Shown: piece after piece, positions 13,826-28,032 of the stretch
Position numbering within the stretch: position 1 is the first letter of the stretch
Layout of the letters: each line of letters starts with the position of its first letter
NCBI RefSeq assembly: GCF_009914755.1
Contig: NC_060929.1
Length of the DNA: 64,000 nucleotides
Source: the human T2T-CHM13v2.0 reference genome, Homo sapiens
Reading direction: 5' to 3' (one strand)
Position numbers and translations under genes: made by a program
The notes under the pieces: generated by a model
Database searches by the model: none
Told to the model about the DNA's origin: nothing
The model's input: the letters and a program-made list of their open reading frames with translations, nothing else

Positions 13826-14429
13826 CCCCAGGCACTGCAAGGGACTGTGACCAGTAGCTCCTGGTCTCCTTTCCCAGCTCAGCTGGCTGCAGGCCCAGCA
13901 CTTTAAGTCACGTTTCCTTCACAGAGTGATAGTTGAGGATCAGGGACCTGGCGAGGGTCAGACATCAGCCACACAGAAAAGGAACAGACGCCCTTGTGGG
14001 CTCTGTCCTGGCCAGAACCTTCCCATGGGTAGAGACACTTTGGCTCCAGGTTGGGCCTCCCAGGCCCATGCACATCTCATGGCAATGGGAGGTGGGCGGT
14101 CCTGGTGGAGACTACCTGCCCCTCTAGAAATCTGGCTCACCATGCAGCATACCCACTAAGGGACGCTCAGAGTCCTCACCTATCAAAAAACAAGCCAGCC
14201 CAGAGGGCTGCTGATAGCGTTACCGGGAGAACTGAGTGATATGACAAAGGAGGAGATGGTTTGAAAAGTCAAATAAGGAAGGGTCTTTTTCTCTGAGGGA
14301 ATCTCTATCCTGGAGGAAGGGATCTTGCTGTGGCTTCTGTCTTGGTGATGATGTTGACTCACTGCAATCAGTGATCAGCCTGAAATGTGTCTAAAGCAGG
14401 TGTCCCCTTGCTCGGAGCAGCTCATGGCT

Positions 14430-14585
14430 TTTCTGTGAAGGAGAGTGTGAGCACTAGCTGTAGGACTTCAGCCTTGGCCTCTCTGACCTCAGCCACAAAG
14501 GGGGAAGCATATTGGTGAGGATTAAATGAGGTGCTGCACAGAAGGTGCTTTGCACACAACAAGCACTTACTAAATGTTAGCTGAC
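14430..14585 (+). mobile_element. MIR SINE
   Basis: tgaggattaaatgag...taaatgttagct MIR 3' end. Confidence 0.65.
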
Positions 14586-15942
14586 ATGCTTAGAAGGAAG
14601 TGGAGAAGAGGGCGGGACCAGAAGACCCTGGCTGAGGCTGTAGAAGCCCCTGGACCTCTGTACTCTTCCCTCTTCCAAGCCACAGGGGCAGACTGCCGAG
14701 ATCGAGCCCGCAGGCCTGGGGCTCGAGAGCTAAATCTTGTCAGACAAAATGACTATCCAGCCCCTGAGTCGTAGCTCTGAGCAGCCACGTCCACAGTGGG
14801 GAGCCTGCCTGCGCAGGGCTCCATGTGACTCCAACCTGCAGAAAGGGCCTAGTGGGGTCCAGCCAGGCAGATGGACTAGAGACCCTGCTCTGTGGGAGGC
14901 AAGACCCAGCCACAGGAGGTTGGGCACCAGCCACAGGAGCGCCAGACTGCCTCACAGTCAAGAGCTGGCGAGAAGCCCACTGTGCTGAGGGGAAAGCATC
15001 TGGAAGACCGAGATGGCAGGCCCTGAGCTTGGAGCAGGTGCAGGCTGCGCTCACAGGGCACAGAGGAAAGCCCAGAGGCCTTCCACCTTCCCCCAGAGGC
15101 CACGGCCTCACATAATCTCTGCAAATGGGCCACGGGGCCCCTAGCAGCATGCTAAACAGATGAAGGCCAGGCCAACGAGAGAGGCACCAAGGGCATCTTC
15201 AGAGGCCACCCTGGGAGCTGCACCAGAGGGACCACCATCTCCCTTAACTCCGCTCTCACTGAGCCCCAGCGTGGGTCACCCAGGGCCAAGAGTTACTACT
15301 CTGAATTGTTATTCTAACTGCTCCTTTGTCCCTAGGCTTTCGTTATACCTGGAGAACATCTCCATTTTGTGCAAAGAGCCTGACCCTCCCTGCCCTCCCT
15401 TCCCATGGCTCACACTTGCTTCTCCCATTTTGGTTCAACTCAGGAAATATTTCATGGTGCCCACATTCAGAGGCCTGGGAATTAGCGCCCCCTTCTCCAC
15501 CTGGAATCTAAACCAGTTGATGAATAAGACACTAAAGCAGGTAGGGGACCAAAAGGTCACCTTTATTTCTAAATAGCCTGAATTAGAGACCATGACTTGT
15601 GTCTAAGGGCAAATGGCTTTCTCCTCTTCTACCTCAAAATGAAGGAGACTGTCCCATCGAGTCAGGTGAGGACACGCCATAGGACTGAGAACAGTTAGGA
15701 GCACACACTGTCGAGAAGCAGCCCGGCTCCCAGGACCAGGAGGAAAGAGATGGGCAGGTGTACATGCCCCTTCCTGTCCCACACCTGTCAGCCAGGAACA
15801 GCCAGAGTGGGGCAAGAGGCCAGGAGCGACCGGGAAAGCAGAGGTGTGGGAAGTGCTATTCCCCTAACATCATGGCATAGACAAACACAAACAAGCCGGG
15901 GGGAGGAGGCACAGAGCAGGGGTGGCTAAGAACACAGGCTTT

Positions 15943-16294
<352 letters not shown>

Positions 16295-16579
16295 TCACTA
16301 GCTGTGTGACGCTAAGTTTCTTAGGCTTTCTGAGCCTCAGCTTCCTCCTCTGTAAAGTGAGGATAGCCACACACCTGCCTCACGGGGATTCTGAAAAATC
16401 AAAAAGATAATCCACACCAGGCCTTAACCCAATGTCCTGTACGTGATGGTGGTGGCTGTTATGGTGGTCATTGAAATTATCTGAGCCTCTCCTTCAAGGC
16501 CTCACAGTCCAGGAGGCAGGTGGTCACAGACAGGACATCACCACACAGGAGCAGAGCTGGGTGGCTGGACCCATGCTCA

Positions 16580-17240
16580 GCTGGGCCCATGTGGGAGGTG
16601 CCATGATGGAGGGTTGGGTCTGGAGGCAGCAGCGTGGGGCAGGCGTCTGGGAGAAGCCATTATTTCAACTGGGCCTTGAACAGTAGATGGGAGCCAGGGG
16701 TGTGGTTGGGGCAGTGAAGGAGGTTGCAGGAAGGAGAAGGATGAGGGAGAATTCCAGGCAGGAAACAGCATGGACGAAATGGGGACAGGTTGAAATTAAG
16801 GCTTATTAAGAGCCTAGGAAGCAGCTGCTGGCAAAGGATGGGTTCATGTTGGGTGGGATAGAGGAAGCTATGGGAGAAGCGGTAAGAAGGTGGTTCTGGC
16901 CCACCTTGAGATGGGCCCCTGCTGGGATTCTGAAGCCAGGGGGAGCCAGTGCTGGAGGGGAGACATTCACTCAGTACGTGCCAAGCTCTCACCACCCTAG
17001 CACTGATGCACAGTGAACAAAACAGATGAAAACCCTGCTTCGTGGCAACTACACTCCAGTGGGACAGACAACAATGAGCAAAGCTAAGAGGACAAAACAC
17101 GGATCATGTCAGTTACCATCGGAAAGAGAAAGTAGGGAAGGGGAGTAGGTGGTGTCGAGTAAGGCTCACAGAGAGGGTGACAGCTGAGTAAAGACATGGT
17201 CAAAGCTGCATGCTCAGGAGTTTGCTTAGGTGATGATATA
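16580..17240 (-). mobile_element. L2 fragments
   Basis: attccaggcaggaaacagc; cagtgaacaaaacagatgaaaaccctgc. Confidence 0.65.
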
Positions 17241-17715
17241 GTGAATGAATAGGAGACAGGGGAAGCTGGACAACTGGGGCCACACTGAGGGGCTAGGGCA
17301 ATGGTCGGGTTTGGGGAGCCCTGTCCCCCTGCAGGCTGAGCCCAGTGGCTCCCCAAGCTCACAGTGGCAGGGTGGGTGGGTTCTATTCTTAGACACACTC
17401 CCGGAACTGAGCTGTGAGGGTTACTTCTAGCAGGCCTGGAATTCATCTGGGCTGTCTTACTAAAATAAGGGCTGTACCTACACAGTGCTGAGCCCTGGTC
17501 AGGTTGAGAAACTTATGGATTAACAGTGTTGTTTTCCGGCCATGGAGCTGCAGGGCAGTTTGTACCAGCTTGATGCATTGTTTATTGATAACAGCGAGAT
17601 TGATGACTTGCACCTGGTCTCAATGAGGCCCCCAAAGGGCACTTCCATTGGTGTGGTACCCTGACAAGAAATAGGCATATGTGACCAGCAGGATATCAGA
17701 AGCCCCGGCCAAGAC

Positions 17716-17994
17716 TGCATTTCGGGTTTCCCGGTTCTGGGGCATTCCGTTCTCATGTCAGTGGTTCTTGATTCAAGAAATTGCAGCCAGGATGCTCTTT
17801 CACAGGGAGGACAATCAGAGTTCACGCCCGGCCTCTTCAGACTGCAATGAGGCATTCTGGCAGTGATACAATTCCTGACTGTAATGCTATTGCTGTCTTA
17901 TATCCTCTTCTTGCAATAAACCATAAATGTGTAAGCACTGTCATTTGGGTCCTGTGCATCTTCTTTATCCATCGAACCCTGTCTAATTGCCACC
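17716..17994 (+). repeat. Inverted repeat IR1 left arm; ERVL-type LTR 3' portion (MER21/MER68-like)
   Basis: Reverse complement of 18662-18940 aligns ungapped at 244/279; LTR-like tatatcctc...aataaaccata...gtcctgtg. The LTR family call is tentative. Confidence 0.9.
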
Positions 17995-18661
17995 CTCAGT
18001 GCTTTCTCTAGCACTCTTCATGTTTCAACCGCTGGGCAGGGTTTCTCTGCCTTTCTAAATTAGATCTTAGAACCAGGCCACCATTGCAGCCTCTTTTAAA
18101 TTTGTCTTTCACTTTGTACTCCAGAACCGGTCATTGTTGGTGAGATGGGGCTCACTCGAAATTTGGAAATGTTTCCAAATTCTGTGGGGGAGAAAGTTTT
18201 TCTGAATTAAAACTTGTGGTAGTGGAGACTTGAATTTCAAATCAGATTTTCTAACTGAATTGAAGGCTATGCAATCAAGCAAATGAATGACTAATGAAAT
18301 GATTATAAAGCACTTTGCAGAAATGTTATGTAAATGCAGGCAGAGAATAACAAATGTGATGACAGTCACACTGCCATTGCTTCTGATTTGGGAGAGTGCA
18401 GTTCCGAGTCCTCCTGCAGGGACGCCAGGCGTTGGTATTCAAAAACACCTCATTGTCTTGACAGCTCTGAAGCTGGGCCCTTTGGGAAAAGTTGGGTATC
18501 CTAACCAGAGGGCTTGGGAGTTGCCTGTAAGCCCAGGTGTACACTGTGTCCTACTCGGCAGGCAATTGAGACGGCTTCAGGCGGGGCTGCTGGGAGAAGT
18601 TCTGCAGCATGTCAGGAAATGGTCCCTCCAAGACCCCCCTTCCCCAGCAAAAGTGACCTGC

Positions 18662-18940
18662 GGTGGCAGTTAGACAGGGCTCAATGGCTAAACAAGACAC
18701 ACAGGACCAAAATGACAGTGCTTACAAGTCTACGGTTTATTGCAAGAAGAGGATATAAGACAGCAATAGCATTACAGTCAGGAATTTTATCACTGCCAGA
18801 GTGCCTCACCACAGTCTGAAGGGGCCAGGCATGAACTCCAATTGTCCTCCCTGTGAAAGGGCACCCTGGGTGCAATTTCTTGAATCAAGAACCACCAACA
18901 TGTGCACTCAATGCCTCGGAACTGGGAAACCCGAGATGCA
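18662..18940 (-). repeat. Inverted repeat IR1 right arm
   Basis: Reverse complement of 17716-17994. Confidence 0.9.
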
Positions 18941-19632
18941 TAGATTTTCAACCTCTTATGAAGCTCAAGAATATCTGCTCACATACCTGCGCAGGGGGGA
19001 GCAAGGACTCTGCTACCCATGTCCTAGGTTGGTCCACGTTCATTACAGAAATGGCCGAGGCCCATGGACTACAGGGGCATACAACACTGGGGAACTAGAA
19101 CTCACTGAGCAGCCAGACAGAAGAGTGGACCAGGCATAGTCGTCCCAGTGGTTTTAACCAGAAAAGGCTTCCAGGGGAGGTAGGGGTCAAGGAGGGCCGG
19201 TTAGAGCCCAAGCCAGCTAAGCTTCTTGGAGGGACACTTCTAGGGGATGAAGGAGTGAGAGTGGAAGGTTTCATAGAGAGGGTCAAGCATCGCCCTGCCC
19301 ACACTGCTTGTTTCAAAGTGCAAAGATCCCATGGCTGGAGTTAAATGCTCCCCATGGTTGGGATGCTGCCTGTCCCTGTTCTTCACAGTTCCAGGCTGGG
19401 GATCCACCTCTGCCATGGAAGATGGAATGTGGATCCGCATGGCCAGGTCTGTACACCATCAATCAGATATGAAGCAACTCTGGGGGCTACCCCATCTTAC
19501 TTCCTTCCACTCTGGAATTATTTGTGCTAGAGGGTACCTTGGAGCAGTAATTTCATATACCAACAATGTCCAATCAAGCACTGTAGAACTGCTGTTCCAC
19601 AATTAAACTCTGTAGCCATAATTTGTTTATCA

Positions 19633-20533
<901 letters not shown>

Positions 20534-21594
20534 AAAACGTAATTGTAATTAAGTTTACTTTCCAAAGAAGAAAAAACACTCAGAATCCAAACAGGACAGG
20601 TGGAATCAAAGGCTTCTTCACAAAGATGCGTGGGGTAATGCGGAACCCCTTTTCTTAAGAAAAGTTTCTGCTCAGAGGGGATCCTGGCCTTGCTGTTGCA
20701 GCTGTTATAAATCGTCCATGGGCATGAAAATGGAGATGGTCTTTGGAGGCCCGGGGAGAGATAAGGAGAGTAACAGACGCCACAGAGGCCATGCTTGGCT
20801 GTGGGTTGCAGAGATCTCCATCCCGATTGGAATAGTAATTGCTTCATTGGATCATTGCTTCGAAAAATAATGCGGTGGGGGAGCAGAGGCAGCCCGCTGT
20901 GAATTCCAAGCAGGAACATACTGAACTGCTCCAGAGAGAGGGAACTCTGCAGCAGGGAGCACCTGGAGCCAGGAGTCCACTCACCCCAGCAGGAGGACTC
21001 TCCAACAAGAATTCGCCACTCCTGACCTGGAATGTGGAGATGGGAATGGCCAGACGGGCCCTGGACCTGGTGAAGGATGTCAGGACACTACAGCGTCACT
21101 GCTCCTGGTGGCAGCCACCATCTCTTAACCCCTCAGGGAGAGTTAAGATTCAGGTCAGCACCTAGAGCAGCTACCTCAGAGTACTTAATGCCAATCCCTG
21201 GGCAAAGAACTTCTACACTAAATTCCATTCTGTCGTCACCACGCTGGGAGGTGGACATTACTATCCTCATCTGACAGACAAGGAAACTAACACTACAAGG
21301 AGATTAAATAGCATGACAAAGTCTCCATCCTGGCTGAACTTTGGATAAGATCTACGTTTGGGATTCTTCTTGGTGATGGATGATGCCTAGACCAGCCCCA
21401 GACACCCTCCCAAGCCTAAGCTCCCCTCTCCTGTTCTGACATCCCCATCCCACCAGGAACCCAAGCTTGTGGCCATCGTGCCAGGAGGACTTCTTCCAGG
21501 TTTTAGTATAGTCTGAGTGACCTCTAGGAGTCCTTGGACCTGAGCTAACTCCTGTACAATTTTGGCCGGTTGTCTGGTTAATAAATTAACAATT

Positions 21595-21805
21595 GGTAAT
21601 GATAACAGCTAGCCAACATTGTTGGTTATATGCCAGCCACTAAGGTAAGCATTATCTTATATGGCCCTCATAATCTCTCTATAAGGTAGAGTTATAATCC
21701 CCATTTTATAGAGGGGGAAACTGAGGATTAAGCACGTGAGTCACCTGTGGGAAGGCAGATTCTGGAATCCAGGGGGTTCGATTCCAAGGTCCATGCTTTT
21801 AACTC
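21595..21805 (-). mobile_element. MIR SINE
   Basis: atccccattttatagagggggaaactgagg. Confidence 0.8.
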
Positions 21806-22499
21806 CTGTGTTTTTTTGCTCAGTTTCAGAAAACCCAGTTCACAGAAATCTGATACTTTAGAGATAAATTATTCACATAACAAAAGGATCTTTTACCTTG
21901 GGGAAGGATTCAGCTGGACTTTGAGCATAACTTCCTTCGTGCATTTAAAATGTGACCTGACTTAGGATTTTTGGTGTCCTGCCCATGACCTGATGAGAAA
22001 CTATATTTGTCCCCAGGCTTCTTCAGCTGATATCCTTCTTCCCCTACAGGGAAGGAGGTCAAATCTAATCCTAGGCCTGGAAATGCTTGGCCAGGGCCTG
22101 GTGGTGCCCAAGCCCCTCTCAGGCTGGGCTTTGGCTTCTTGGGGCCAGGCCTTGGGTATAGAGGCCACTGCCCACACTCAGGCCCAGACAAGCTTGGTGA
22201 CCTTGCATGGGCCACTCCGTGTCTCTTGCTCTGCCGCATGTAACCCTGGTCATGCTGACTTGCTCTTGCTGGGGCTCCCGGGTGTATCTAATAAATGATG
22301 TAAAGCACTTAGAGACATAAGTGCTCAACTACTGGGGCCATAAATTACCAGGGATGGATTCCTGAATGTTATGATTATGTGCTTGTGCTTGTTCTCAGTA
22401 ATGAATAATTATCCTTTTAGTCCTGCAGCCACATCCAAACATCTTCACCCCACAGGACTAGAGGAGTCACTGACCCTGACTGCTGGGCTCCTCCGATGG

Positions 22500-23170
22500 T
22501 CATGGGCAACAACCAAATGCAAAGCTTGGTCCCTGATGGACACCAGTCTGAAGAACCTTTTCTATAAGGCACGTTTGGGTAAATTTGAACACAGGCAAGG
22601 TATTAGATGGTGTCAGGAAACTGTTAACTTTGTTAGGTATAATCACGGCATTATGATTATACAGGAGTTTGGTTTTTTTTTGTTTTTTTTTTTGAGATGG
22701 AATCTCACTTTGTTGCCCAGGCCGGAGTGCAGTGGTGCAATCTCAGCTCACTGCAGCCTCCACCTCCTGGGATCAAGCAATTCTCATGCCTCATCCTCCC
22801 AAGTAGCTGACATTACAGGCATGCACCACCACACCCAACTAATTTTTGTATATTTAGTAAAGCTGGGGTTTCACCATGTTGGCCAGGCTGGTCTTGAACT
22901 CCTGACCTCAAGTAATCCACTCGCCTCGACCTTCCAAAATGCTGGGATTACAGGATACGCCTGGCCAGGAGTATCTTATTTTTTTAGAAGTGCATGTTGA
23001 AATAGGGGTAAAATACCTGTCATTTATTTTTAGATACTTTAGGAAAAAAAAGATGAAGCAAATACTGCAAGATATATACATTAGCTTAATCTAGGGATAG
23101 GCATATGAGTGCTCACTACATCATTTGCTCTGCTTTTCTATATATGTTTATATGTAATTAAGTTTAAAAA
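22500..23170 (+). mobile_element. L1ME/MC 3' end interrupted by an Alu
   Basis: aaatttgaacacagg...ctgttaacttt...taatctaggg...tgctcactac. Confidence 0.7.
22673..22966 (-). mobile_element. Alu (AluS), antisense
   Basis: Full Alu; TSD aggagt. Confidence 0.96.
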
Positions 23171-23589
23171 CAAAACCAGCAAAGCATGATGATTTCAGAG
23201 ACGTGCTCTGGCTAAGTTACAATTCCCTCACAAGTAACAGGCAGAGGGAGATGAGCCATTTTCAGAGAAAGTGTATCCCGGCAGGGGCCAGAAGCATGGG
23301 GCTCACCCTGGTGCCCAGATCCAGGAGAACAAGCTCCTGGGATCTGTTTCTAGAACTATCCTCCCTTGTCGCACCCCAGCCACCACAAAATTTAAAATCT
23401 AATCCAAGACTAGTCACGCTACTTCTGCTCACTTTTCTACTCTTGATATCATAGGACTGTAGTCCCTCCTTCTGGAGGCTATTAATGTAAGCTAGGAAGT
23501 AGCTACTAACCATGCATTCATTTATTCATTTGTCATGGTTTTGTTTAGTGTTCCCTATATTCCAGGCCAGGTGAGGAATGAGAAATGGC

Positions 23590-24036
23590 ATTTTAGTTAA
23601 GGTCTATTTGTACTACTATAACAAAAACACCTCAATATGTATAAAGACTCAAACACTAATAAATGGTGGTTTATTTCTTGCTTATAAACGAGTTTAAAGC
23701 CAAGGTCCCAGGTGGGTGGACAGCTGTTCTCCACTCAGTGATTCCGGGACCCAGGATCTTTCCATCCTGTGACTCTGCCATCTCCTAGGACCTTGTGGTC
23801 ATCAGCCAGCTGATAAAAGGGAAAGAACTTGGCCTGGAAGCAGCATGTATATCACCTTTGTTCATATTCTATTGTTAAAATCTGGTCTCACACCCATGCT
23901 GAGATGCATAGGGATGAGGGTGCAAGAATAGAGGCTGGCTGGAAAATGCAGTTCCTGGATAGACTTTCCATCTACAACTCTTTGCCATGGCCAGAGGAGA
24001 ATGGATTTTGGTAGGGAGTCAGCCATCTCTGCCACA
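23590..24036 (-). mobile_element. Old MLT1 LTR
   Basis: tttatttcttgc...gggacccagg...ttccatcctgtgactctgccatc...agccatctctgccaca. Confidence 0.75.
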
Positions 24037-24689
24037 CATGACTTAAGCCCTCTAGAAGTTTACAGACTAGTGACAGAGTCACTGCAGTTTAGAGCAAGGT
24101 AATTTGTCCACTAGGGCAGGTAGAAGCAAGTCTAGTAGGACCCCCAACTCTGTGTCTGGCCCTATGCTCAGATGTGCTGCAGGGGAGACCAAGGAACTTC
24201 TGGGAACCTGCAGACTTGCTGGGACTCTAATGCATAAAATCAACAGAGACAGCCCAAAGCAGGGGGGTAAACACTGAACAGTGCCTAAAGCAAAGATGAG
24301 AGTGTATATTTTTTTGAATAGAGGAACTGTATCTCTGTGTTAACCACTAAGTCCTTAGTGCTCAGCATGGGAACTAACATAGAGCCAAACCTTAAAAGTT
24401 CCCTGCCCACTCGAGCTGTCTGGGAAGATGGGACACAGAAGGGGAAAGTGGCAGCCCTGAGTGTTCTGTGGCCTTCCTTAGAAAGAGTATTAGGGGGTGG
24501 AGGGTTACTAGATTATAAGGGAACTAGCTTAAATAAAGGCCTGGGGATGGGGGTGAATACATCAAGCACTAGGAACAACAGTGATCTCCCTGGTCAGAAG
24601 GTAGCAGGGGTGTTTTGAGGACCAGGGAAGGGACCTGGTCCTTTTCCTTCATGACATATCACCGGTAATTTTATATTTATTTCCATGCC

Positions 24690-24838
24690 TACTTCTTTAG
24701 AATCTCCTCCTGCTCTAGACTGTGCGCATCCTAACGGCAGCAGCCTGCCTGTCCTGTGCGCCACTGTGTTCCCAGAGTCCTCAGCAGGCCCTGGCCCACC
24801 TAGGTGCTCACTGAATGAACACACAAGAGAATGAATGT
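24690..24838 (+). mobile_element. L2 3' end
   Basis: cctggcccacctaggtgctca...gaatgaatg. Confidence 0.7.
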
Positions 24839-25319
24839 AAGGCCAGCTGGTGGGACAGTGAGCGTCTGCCTGCACAATGAGGCTGCCCAGGGGAGGAAGG
24901 TACCCCCTACATGTGTATCTACTCTGCTTGGAGCTTGATTTCGTTTCCAGCCTGACCTTCTTTTGTTTGCTCATTAATTCAATATTTGCTATGTTCCACC
25001 AAGGGACCTCAAGAGGCATAAAGGTTTTCCTTCTCCAGTAAAAGCAGCTTGCATTTGTCTTAAATTACCTCAATTACCTCATGGTGAACCCCATCTTTCT
25101 GTCCCACACTCTCCCCCACCTCCAAGACCCTCTGAAAGCAGCAACACGCTATGGTTCCCCTCCATGTCTCCAGAGAAAATACGAGGACTTCCCTGACATT
25201 GACTGGGGGAAAAGGGTGAGCAAGAAAACCTGGGGTTCCTCCAGGGACTCTGCTGCTGCCAGGTCTCCTTTAGGAGACATTTAGGCCCAGCTGTGAGCTA
25301 CTCATCTGCTTTCTCATCC

Positions 25320-26170
25320 CCCAGAAAGCAAATGTTGGAACTTTGATGTATTTGAGAATCATTTTTTTACCTTAATTAGAAAATACACATTTGAACGGCA
25401 TCAAACATTAATGAGACTTGCAGGGGGGTCGCTTATAAACAAACTTATTACTATGTTTAAGAAAAGCATGACTGAGCCCTCTCCTCAACTGTCTGACTTT
25501 GTTGCTCCCAGTCCTTCTGGGCTGGTCAATGAGGAGCGCGCCTGGCAGCCACATTCTGTAAAGCCAGGCTCTGGACAAGCCCCTGCTGATGGCTTTGCTG
25601 CTGGGCCAGGGACTTACACGCCTCTTTCCACTCTGACAGTGGACCTTCTTTGTTGTCCATTTATCCTCATATTGATTTTGCTATAAAGCCACACGGCACT
25701 CCCTCCCAGGCCAGAAGGAGAAACCTCCATTGATTGTATTGGAATAAGGTTTGTTGTAAAGAAGCGAAACGCCTAAAACATTGAAATGAAGTAAGCTCTT
25801 TGAGGGTCCATAAATCACCCAGGATAATGCCGCAAATGAACAGGGTTCCTTAAACACCTGGAAAATACAACCCCATAAAGCAGTTCTGACAAGAAATCAC
25901 AGCCCCTCTCTCTCTGTAGCTGCCATTTGAAAAACACCATCAATAATGGTTATTGCTGTTTGGTAAGCAAAAGAGGGAAGTTGTGTCAGTCTCCTTGAGA
26001 AAGTTCCCTCAAAGTCACTTTGCCCAAATGGCAGCGTGGCGTTTTTCGCGCAGTAAATACATCCCAATTATGAGCATGTCATGTTAGCTTTTACAGTTCA
26101 CTAATCACGAATTTTTTGTATGTCATTGCCAACCAGCATCTTTCCCTAATCGGAATTTATGGCTCTGTTT
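25320..26170. promoter_or_regulatory. Candidate conserved non-coding element/enhancer
   Basis: Repeat-free, AT-richer block with TAAT/ATTA and forkhead-like (ataaaca) motifs, retained CpGs and TTTCGCGC at 26044-26051; conservation not testable here. Confidence 0.45.
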
Positions 26171-27249
26171 GGCAGTGAGTGGAGATAAGGAGGGTCATAG
26201 CAGTTTCATTTTTCCAGAGCTGGAGGCCTCAGCCAGGTTTGGGGCCCAAGGTCATGCCCCCTGCCCTCCTCCGGTCTGAAGGTCAGGGTCCTGCGCGCCT
26301 CAGGGATGGAGGTTGGGGGCTTCTGTGGAAAGCTCTCCTCTAGATTCCCGGCATCCCTGTGGCCCAGGCCGCAAGGCCGGACTTAGGTCCCCTGTCCTGG
26401 CTCATCTCTGTGGACTCACCTTCCCAAAAGTGCTAAATCACTAAGCGAGCAAAAATACTCAGCCAAGCCTGGAGCCAGACCCATCTCCACAGGGGATTCC
26501 CCCTGGCTCCTCTGAGCATCTCTCCCCTCGGTCAGACCCGGGCAGCCACCAGGGTGGGTTTGCCTCAAGGCCGCATTCTCATCCCCTCAGGGCTCACCAA
26601 TCACGCCCTCCAGCAGACGCCCTCACCAAATCAGGTGGTACTCTCTGGGCCGCTCAGCGTCATACTCAGCATTCAGACTCTCCTGGCCTTTCCAGCCACC
26701 ACAGGCATCTCCCTGGCCTTGCAGTTCGGCCTACAGCCCTGCCCTATGGGGGGCTGCCCACAGCCAGGCAGTTTCAGAACTGGCAGGGGCGTGTGTAGCT
26801 GTGATGGCCCCCGCTCCACACCAGCTCCTCGGCATTGCCTTAGAGTTGTCCCCAGGCCCCTCCAGTTATGTGGCCCAGGGTGCGCAGACCAGGGAATAGC
26901 GGACACAGTCAAGCACAGGGTGCCCTTCCACCTGGGGCAGGGGGGCTGTCAGGCTGGAGCAGCAACCTCTTGTGGAAAGCAGTCTCACAGACTCCTGGGT
27001 GCAGGGCTCCAAGCAGGCCACCCCAAATCTGGGGGCTGTGCCAACTATTCTCTGACCCTGGTTAACACCACCGCACTACAGCACCAGCCAGCAGGACACA
27101 GGGCTGCACTGGATGAAGACCTTAGAGGATCCAATGGTAATTTCAAATAAAAACAACAGCAAACCAGTTGTGTCAGCAGTCAACACCATTCTGATTTCCC
27201 CCATGGCAATGGCTTTGATGCTTTTTCAGTCAATTTTTTTCTTGGAGCC

Positions 27250-28032
27250 TGTGTAGGTTTTCCGGGCCTGCCATAGCAAAGCGCAGTAGCTCCCCCTCAT
27301 TCACAGTTTCACTTTCCAAGGTGTCAGTTACCCACGGTCAACCACAGCCTGAAAATGTTAAATGGAAAATTCCAGAAACAAAAAATTCATAAGTTTTCAG
27401 TTGCGCACCATTCTGAGCAGCATGACGAAATCTTACACCGTCCTGCTCCATCCCACCTGGGATGTGAATTATCCCTTTGTCCCAGGTGGGACAGAGCAGG
27501 GCAGTGTACATTACTCACCTTTTACTGCATAGGAAAAGGCAGTGGATATAGGATTTGGTACTATGCATGGTTTCAGCCCTCCACTAGGGGTCATGGAACA
27601 TGCAAATAAGGGGGGACATGCAAATAAGTCCCTGCAAATAAGGGGGAACTACTACGAGCTAGATGGCTTGAAACAACAGAAATTTAGCTCTCACTGTTCT
27701 GGAGGCCAGAAGTCCAAAATCAAGGTGTCGCCAGGACGTGCCCCCTCTGAAGGCTCTACAGGCGAACGTTCCTCGTCTCTTCTAGCTCCTGGCAGCTCAG
27801 GAGTTCCTCGGCTTGTGGCTGCATCCCACAAATCTCTGCCTCCGTCTTCATCTGCCCTTCTCCTCAGTGTCTGCATCTTCTCCCCTTCTGTTTCTTATAA
27901 GGATAATTGTCATTGGCTGTAGGGCTCACCTGGGTAGCCCAGGAGGCTCTTATCAAGATCCTGACTGTAATTACATTCATAGGTTCCAGAAGATGGACAT
28001 GTCTTCTGAGGGGACCTCGTTCCGCCACCACA
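27250..28032 (-). mobile_element. MLT1 LTR interrupted by MER44
   Basis: ggcttgaaacaacagaaattt...ttctggaggccagaagtccaaaatcaaggtgtc. Confidence 0.85.
27284..27653 (+). mobile_element. MER44 (Tigger7-derived DNA element)
   Basis: Terminal inverted repeats cagtagctcccc/gggggaactact; aaatggaaaattccagaaa...tcataagtttt. Confidence 0.85.

Noticed and set aside
22371-23000. ORFs with '[14 protein letters not shown]' or 'PRLECSG' motifs (also 12094, 19630, 47744, 51580)
   Set aside because: Standard translations of antisense Alu sequence
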